In this document: positions 15,883-20,000 of the stretch, in pieces | Position numbering within the stretch: position 1 is the first letter of the stretch | How the letters are laid out: each line of letters begins with the position of its first letter | Source of the DNA: an uncultured virus (IMG/VR IMGVR_UViG_3300021185_002503) | Lineage: Duplodnaviria; Heunggongvirae; Uroviricota; Caudoviricetes | Strand: one strand, 5' to 3' | IMG/VR virus record: IMGVR_UViG_3300021185_002503 | Length of the DNA: 20,000 bases | The notes under the pieces: model-generated | What the model was told of the DNA's origin: nothing | What the model saw: the letters and a program-made list of their open reading frames with translations, nothing else | The model's database searches: none | Position numbers and translations under genes: made by a program

Positions 15883-16080
15883 ATGAATCATTTACTTAAA
15901 GCGTTAATCGCTAAATTGCAAGGTGAAATCGAAGTAGCTAAAGCTAATGTACTTGTTTATCAGCGTAACCCAGCTGGTATCGGAGAACATAGCGATATAG
16001 TAGAAACTATAGAAAAAGAAGTTGCTAAGATTGCTGAGGCAGAAGATAAAATAGAATCTATAATTAAACATTTTAGTTAA
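15883..16080 (+). CDS. Small helical-hairpin hypothetical protein
   Basis: SD GGAGG; NPAGIGEHSDIVETI turn between two helices. Confidence 0.75.
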   Translation: MNHLLKALIAKLQGEIEVAKANVLVYQRNPAGIGEHSDIVETIEKEVAKIAEAEDKIESIIKHFS

Positions 16081-16082
16081 TT

Positions 16083-16523
16083 ATGTTAAAGTGGTTAGAA
16101 AAACATGAATCAAAAGGCACTATAGGAATTACCTGTGGTGCCTTCGATTTACTCCATGCTGGTCATATTACAATGTTGGCCGAAGCAAAAAATGAATGTG
16201 ATTACCTCGTAGTTGCATTACAAAACGACCCTTCATGGGATAGGGATTCAAAAAATAAACCCATACAAACATTGGTAGAAAGACAATTACAATTAGCTGC
16301 TGTAAGATATGTCGATGATATAATCGTCTATAATACAGAAGATGATTTAAAGGATGTCTTTTTATCATTACCAATCGATGTTCGTATTATAGGAAGTGAT
16401 TACCTAAATAAGGACTTTACGGCTAAAAATATATGCGATGAACGCAATATTCGCATACATTATAACAGTCGAGACCATTCATTTTCATCATCTGAATTAA
16501 GAAACCGAATACCTAAAGGCTAA
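16083..16523 (+). CDS. Cytidylyltransferase (TagD/glycerol-3-phosphate cytidylyltransferase-like)
   Basis: GAFDLLHAGH (HxGH), KPIQ..VER, YVD, GSDY, R....SSSELR. Confidence 0.85.
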   Translation: MLKWLEKHESKGTIGITCGAFDLLHAGHITMLAEAKNECDYLVVALQNDPSWDRDSKNKPIQTLVERQLQLAAVRYVDDIIVYNTEDDLKDVFLSLPIDVRIIGSDYLNKDFTAKNICDERNIRIHYNSRDHSFSSSELRNRIPKG

Positions 16524-16552
16524 AAAACATGCATGTTTTGGAGACAAAACAC

Positions 16553-16581
16553 TGTACAAATGAGCTTTAAGTTGGTATAAT
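16553..16581 (+). promoter_or_regulatory. Sigma70-like early/middle promoter
   Basis: AAAACAC-TGTACA, 17-nt spacer, TGG-TATAAT; SD AGGAG at 16601. Confidence 0.8.
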
Positions 16582-16610
16582 ATACATATAATAATTTAAA
16601 AGGAGTGAAA

Positions 16611-16715
16611 ATGAAGTTATTACAAACATTAAAAACCAACGGTCTTCTAGACAAAGACTTTCTTGAGGTAACAATCACAACACTAGTAGCATTACTAATT
16701 GGAGGTGCGTTATAA
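16611..16715 (+). CDS. 34-aa membrane peptide (not in ORF track)
   Basis: MKLLQTLKTNGLLDKDFLEVTITTLVALLIGGAL; strong SD; TAATG coupling to the next gene. Confidence 0.65.
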   Translation: MKLLQTLKTNGLLDKDFLEVTITTLVALLIGGAL

Positions 16716-17032
16716 TGAGAACGGATATGATAGAAACCGGTGACACAGTTCTTTATAAGAACGAACAAGGTCAAAGAGTTCAAGCTTTTATTAAAAAGCT
16801 TAGCAAAGACCACATGCTTGTAAGACCATCAACAATAGATTTTGAGTATGCTGGAGGCGACGTCTTTTCAGATGAGCGTTACCCAGAAGTTAAACTCACT
16901 GAAAATATGTTTGACGACATATCTTTGGAAATTTGGTCAGACGGCAGAGGATGCGACAACTCTGCAATCGGAGTGAGCGGATGTCACGAACCTTGGAAAC
17001 AAGTTTGGATAACATTTTCAGAAGTAGCTTAA
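16715..17032 (+). CDS. Hypothetical protein, possibly an SH3-like beta-rich fold
   Basis: SD GGAGG; IETGDTVLYK...VQAFIKKL...MLVRP N-terminus. Confidence 0.65.
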   Translation: MRTDMIETGDTVLYKNEQGQRVQAFIKKLSKDHMLVRPSTIDFEYAGGDVFSDERYPEVKLTENMFDDISLEIWSDGRGCDNSAIGVSGCHEPWKQVWITFSEVA

Positions 17033-17046
17033 TATAGGAGAACATT

Positions 17047-17187
17047 ATGGCAAGAATAGAAATTGCAATCGCTAAGTTAGATGCGATGATTGAAAAAATT
17101 GAAAAGCTAACCGAACAAGTGGAAGAACAAAAACATACTATTGATAGGATTGAAAGTCTTACAGACGAATTAGATAATAGACTATAA
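17047..17187 (+). CDS. 46-aa coiled-coil peptide (not in ORF track)
   Basis: SD AGGAG; MARIEIAIAKLDAMIEKIEKLTEQVEEQKHTIDRIESLTDELDNRL. Confidence 0.7.
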   Translation: MARIEIAIAKLDAMIEKIEKLTEQVEEQKHTIDRIESLTDELDNRL

Positions 17188-17192
17188 TTACT

Positions 17193-17200
17193 TATAAATA
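17193..17200 (+). promoter_or_regulatory. T4-type late promoter TATAAATA
   Basis: Exact consensus in an intergenic gap, 5 nt before ATG 17206; no SD. Confidence 0.8.
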
Positions 17201-17205
17201 GTAAC

Positions 17206-17814
17206 ATGAAAAAGTTTAACGAGTTTTTGGCAGAACGGGCTGGTAAAGGCCTGACCATCTTTGACATTGATGATACAATGTTCGTATCAAAAGCTCGTGT
17301 TAGAGTTATTAATAAAAAATCTAAAAAAATAAAAGAACTAACTCCACAAGAATATAATTCTTACAAGCTCGGAAGAGATGAAGAATGGGATTATGGCGAA
17401 TTTAAATCGTCAAAAATATTTTATCAGACTGCAACGCCTATTGCACGAATGATTCAGAAAGCGAAAGCAATAATTAGTAATGCAACTAAAAAAGGTTCAA
17501 AAGTAATTATAGTCACAGCAAGAAGCGACATGGACGATAAAAAATTATTTCTAAAAACTTTTGAAGCTCATGGTATATCAATGAAAAATGTGTATGTCGA
17601 AAGAGCTGGAAATATGGGTGGTAAAAATAGCGCAGCTAATAAATCAATCATATTTAAAAAGTATTTAGAAACAGGCGAATATGCAAGAATTAGATTATTC
17701 GACGACCACAAGGAAAACTTACAAGCATTATTAGACTTAAAAAGAGAATTTCCCCAGGTTGAATTTTTTGCATACTTAGCCGATTTGAAAGGTAGTATAA
17801 AGCGAGTAAAATAG
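17206..17814 (+). CDS. HAD-superfamily phosphatase with capsid-targeting-like N-terminus
   Basis: Motif I FDIDDT, motif II VTAR, motif III Lys (ANK), motif IV LFDD; N-terminus MKKFNEFLAE. Confidence 0.8.
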   Translation: MKKFNEFLAERAGKGLTIFDIDDTMFVSKARVRVINKKSKKIKELTPQEYNSYKLGRDEEWDYGEFKSSKIFYQTATPIARMIQKAKAIISNATKKGSKVIIVTARSDMDDKKLFLKTFEAHGISMKNVYVERAGNMGGKNSAANKSIIFKKYLETGEYARIRLFDDHKENLQALLDLKREFPQVEFFAYLADLKGSIKRVK

Positions 17815-17823
17815 GAGAATATT

Positions 17824-18027
17824 ATGCCAGTAAAATTTAAACCAGACCACGTATCAGTAGAACGAGGTACTGGAAAGAAAACTATTCAAAGGTTCTATAT
17901 TAGGAATACACCTAAAGAAGAGCTTTTTGAAACAATTAATAAAAGTAATACTAAGCCAAAGCTAAAAGTAAAGTGCATTAATGAACTTAACAGACGAGGC
18001 GTAAGTATAGAATGGGTAAACAAATAG
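17824..18027 (+). CDS. Small basic hypothetical protein
   Basis: SD AGGAG; C-terminal K.KCINELNRRGV. Confidence 0.7.
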   Translation: MPVKFKPDHVSVERGTGKKTIQRFYIRNTPKEELFETINKSNTKPKLKVKCINELNRRGVSIEWVNK

Positions 18028-18182
18028 CATCATTTTGGAGATTATGGGCAAAAAGCTTAGGAGAAAAAGCTGGAGTCAATAATAAGGAAGCTAACACAGT
18101 TGCAGTATTCAGAAGCGTTATTGTATTAGTTAACTTCATAACATGCTTTTTTATTATAGCAGGAGTAATACACAATTGGTAG
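18012..18182 (+). CDS. 56-aa membrane protein (not in ORF track)
   Basis: MGKQIASFWRLWAKSLGEKAG...FRSVIVLVNFITCFFIIAGVIHNW. The WRLWAK.LGEK pattern is recalled from marine T4-like phages. Confidence 0.75.
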   Translation: MGKQIASFWRLWAKSLGEKAGVNNKEANTVAVFRSVIVLVNFITCFFIIAGVIHNW

Positions 18183-18191
18183 GAGAATGTA

Positions 18192-18428
18192 ATGCCAGAA
18201 GATTTTAAAATAAATGCCACGGTTGGTAATAAATCACTTAATCATGGTAGTAAGCAGAAAGTAACGTGTGTATATGGACAAGAGCCACCAATCGATGTTA
18301 GAAGAGATTCTAAGAGAATAAAAAGACAACAAGCTGAAGGCGGTAAAGGCGACTTTAGAAGAGCTGGGCCAGGCGATATGCAGAAATATCGTGATGGTTG
18401 GGATGCAATATTTGGAAAAAATAAATGA
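18192..18428 (+). CDS. Small basic protein with GGKG...KY.D.WD.IF motif
   Basis: SD AGGAG; C-terminal GGKGDFRRAGPGDMQKYRDGWDAIFGK. Confidence 0.65.
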   Translation: MPEDFKINATVGNKSLNHGSKQKVTCVYGQEPPIDVRRDSKRIKRQQAEGGKGDFRRAGPGDMQKYRDGWDAIFGKNK

Positions 18429-18610
18429 GTAAATGGCACGGCGGTAAAGGGTCAAAACAAAGACCTACTGATGTAGAAAAATATAACGATAACTGGGATA
18501 GAATTTTTAATAAAGACAAAGGCGAAAGAGCAAACTGGTATGGAGAAGCGGATAAACTCAAAGAAGAAGACAAAGGTGAGATACCACAAAATTCTTTTCG
18601 ACCTGGATAA
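18425..18610 (+). CDS. Small protein with GGKG...KY.D.WD.IF motif
   Basis: ATGA coupling; GGKGSKQRPTDVEKYNDNWDRIFNK. Confidence 0.65.
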   Translation: MSKWHGGKGSKQRPTDVEKYNDNWDRIFNKDKGERANWYGEADKLKEEDKGEIPQNSFRPG

Positions 18611-18689
18611 ACCATTTGGCCATAAAGTTCAAAGGGATAGAAGTAAAACTATACCTAGGAAACATAAATATAAGAATATAGAGGAATAA
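18540..18689 (+). CDS. 49-aa highly basic peptide, loosely ArfA-like (not in ORF track)
   Basis: MEKRINSKKKTKVRYHKILFDLDKPFGHKVQRDRSKTIPRKHKYKNIEE. Fills an otherwise empty gap and ends 2 nt before the next ATG; overlaps the upstream ORF by 71 nt. Confidence 0.5.
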   Translation: MEKRINSKKKTKVRYHKILFDLDKPFGHKVQRDRSKTIPRKHKYKNIEE

Positions 18690-18691
18690 AT

Positions 18692-18958
18692 ATGAGCATA
18701 GATTTAGATAAATTTGATTTTGGATTTACTGCTGTAGATGAAGATGAATTGGAGGCGGTGCAGGCCGTTAAGACCGAAGCATCAACTGCATCATTAACTG
18801 CATCTGAAACAGAAGAAAAACTAAACAAATTGTATAATGCTATTTTACCACTATTAAGCAATTTAAAATTAAACCCAGAAAAGGAATATATTTATTGGCC
18901 TAATAGAGTAGAAAAAGTAGAGCAATTTGAAGACTTAATCTCAGGAATTGTAAAATGA
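18692..18958 (+). CDS. Conserved hypothetical protein
   Basis: SD GAGGA; FDFGFTAVDEDEL...LYNAILPLL.NLK.NPEKEYIYWPNR. Confidence 0.75.
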   Translation: MSIDLDKFDFGFTAVDEDELEAVQAVKTEASTASLTASETEEKLNKLYNAILPLLSNLKLNPEKEYIYWPNRVEKVEQFEDLISGIVK

Positions 18959-20000
18959 CAATTGCACCATCAGGTAATGCCATAGGAGTACAAGACGCTG
19001 GTACTAATCCATCAATTACTGCACAAAGTACATTTTGTACTGGTACTATTACTATAGGCACTGCAACATATAAATTAAGAACAGGAATACACCATGCTAG
19101 TCCATTTGGAAGTGGTTCAACTTCAGGTTATGAAGGTATAGGCGGTTCCGTATATGGATATTCAAGTCCAAGTGGTACAGGTAATATATCATATACTTTA
19201 AATAGTACTGGTGCATCTGCTGGTATACCATTATGTTATACAGGAGATTGTAGAAGTACTTATGGTTATACTGGAGCTGGAAGTATTACTGGCCTTTTTC
19301 CTCAATGGAAAACCGGAAGTATTACATACACAAATGTAACCATGGGTTCGTATATGAGCTCAGCCTCGTTTGGTTCATGTAATAATACAACCTGGACAGC
19401 AGATGATGGCTCAACTTATGAATTAGTACAATTGATGTGGATGAAAAATACTCAAACTTCTGGAACATTTCCAAACGTAGGTAGTCCAAATCCATTTCAA
19501 GGCCAAGAACAAACTGGCGATGATAATAGTAATTATATATTTGTAGCATATAAAAGAACTGATGCAAATTATGGCGGAGGCCCAGCATTAGCAGAAGTTA
19601 CTATTGGCGGCATTACAGTAAAGCCATTTCTTTATAATGTTCAAACTGCATCTCCAACCACCTATGGCTCATCTGGTAATCAATACGGCTTAATTTATGG
19701 TTGGTATGGATTTACTGATTCACAAATAGATGGTTTAGGAACTTCAGGAACTGTAAACTTTACTATTAAAGGTTTAACTACTACTAGTACTTTCAATAAT
19801 GGAATTGCTGAAGAATTTGGTGGTAATGATAGTGCTGATGTTAAAATGTCAGATTATTATAAAGGCGGTACTTTAGTAACTAGTAATGTTACTGCATCAA
19901 TTCCATCAACAGGTAATCCAATTAGTGTAAGTGATTTTATAGGCGCAACACAAGCAGATGCTGGATTTTTTAATACAACTTATAATTCGGACACTTCAAC
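18955..20000 (+). CDS. Gly/Ser/Thr-rich virion protein, putative tail-fibre adhesin (3'-truncated; not in ORF track)
   Basis: ATGA coupling at 18955; frame open to the window end (MTIAPSGNAIGVQDAGTNPS...). Contains IAEEFGG...MSDYYKGG...IPSTGNPISVSDFIG. Confidence 0.75.
   Translation, partial: MTIAPSGNAIGVQDAGTNPSITAQSTFCTGTITIGTATYKLRTGIHHASPFGSGSTSGYEGIGGSVYGYSSPSGTGNISYTLNSTGASAGIPLCYTGDCRSTYGYTGAGSITGLFPQWKTGSITYTNVTMGSYMSSASFGSCNNTTWTADDGSTYELVQLMWMKNTQTSGTFPNVGSPNPFQGQEQTGDDNSNYIFVAYKRTDANYGGGPALAEVTIGGITVKPFLYNVQTASPTTYGSSGNQYGLIYGWYGFTDSQIDGLGTSGTVNFTIKGLTTTSTFNNGIAEEFGGNDSADVKMSDYYKGGTLVTSNVTASIPSTGNPISVSDFIGATQADAGFFNTTYNSDTS

Noticed and set aside
18663..18670. CATAAATA as a late promoter for 18692 and the adhesin gene
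   Set aside because: One mismatch to consensus in AT-rich, probably coding sequence. Plausible but not supportable from sequence alone.
250..19588. All minus-strand ORFs in the track, and nested + strand ORFs 2633..2821 and 9461..9688
   Set aside because: They lie within well-supported + strand genes and have no recognisable motifs; they are shadow frames.
1..20000. tRNA, rRNA, transposase/integrase, or alternative genetic code
   Set aside because: Gaps are too short or are filled by small ORFs, and no cloverleaf or recombinase motifs were seen. TAA, TAG and TGA all end genes cleanly at coupled junctions.

Overview
This is an AT-rich, gene-dense segment of a T4-like myovirus genome, probably marine, with all credible genes on the + strand. 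The spanins and an exported cytochrome c imply a Gram-negative host. Left to right it holds: (i) a cluster of small Lys/Glu-rich proteins, many starting with a T4-type capsid-targeting-like sequence (MKxFxEF..E); (ii) an i-spanin/o-spanin pair followed by a class 3 lipase and a small membrane protein; (iii) class Ia nrdA/nrdB, a 2OG-Fe(II) oxygenase, a c-type cytochrome and glutaredoxin; (iv) a GIY-YIG nuclease, RNase H, a pyrimidine-dimer glycosylase, a PD-(D/E)XK exonuclease and a cytidylyltransferase; (v) a late-expressed HAD phosphatase with a capsid-targeting-like N-terminus, small basic peptides, and the start of a Gly/Ser/Thr-rich tail adhesin-like gene. Two promoter classes are visible: TGTACA-N17-TATAAT (4 copies) and T4-late TATAAATA. 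Three TATAAATA copies sit exactly 5 nt before an ATG, suggesting leaderless mRNAs. The strongest leads are a putative head-packaged, protease-processed protein cargo (including a HAD enzyme and possible polyproteins sharing a small domain), a lipase inside the lysis module, and a phage cytochrome c. All family assignments come from motif recognition only; no database searches were run.
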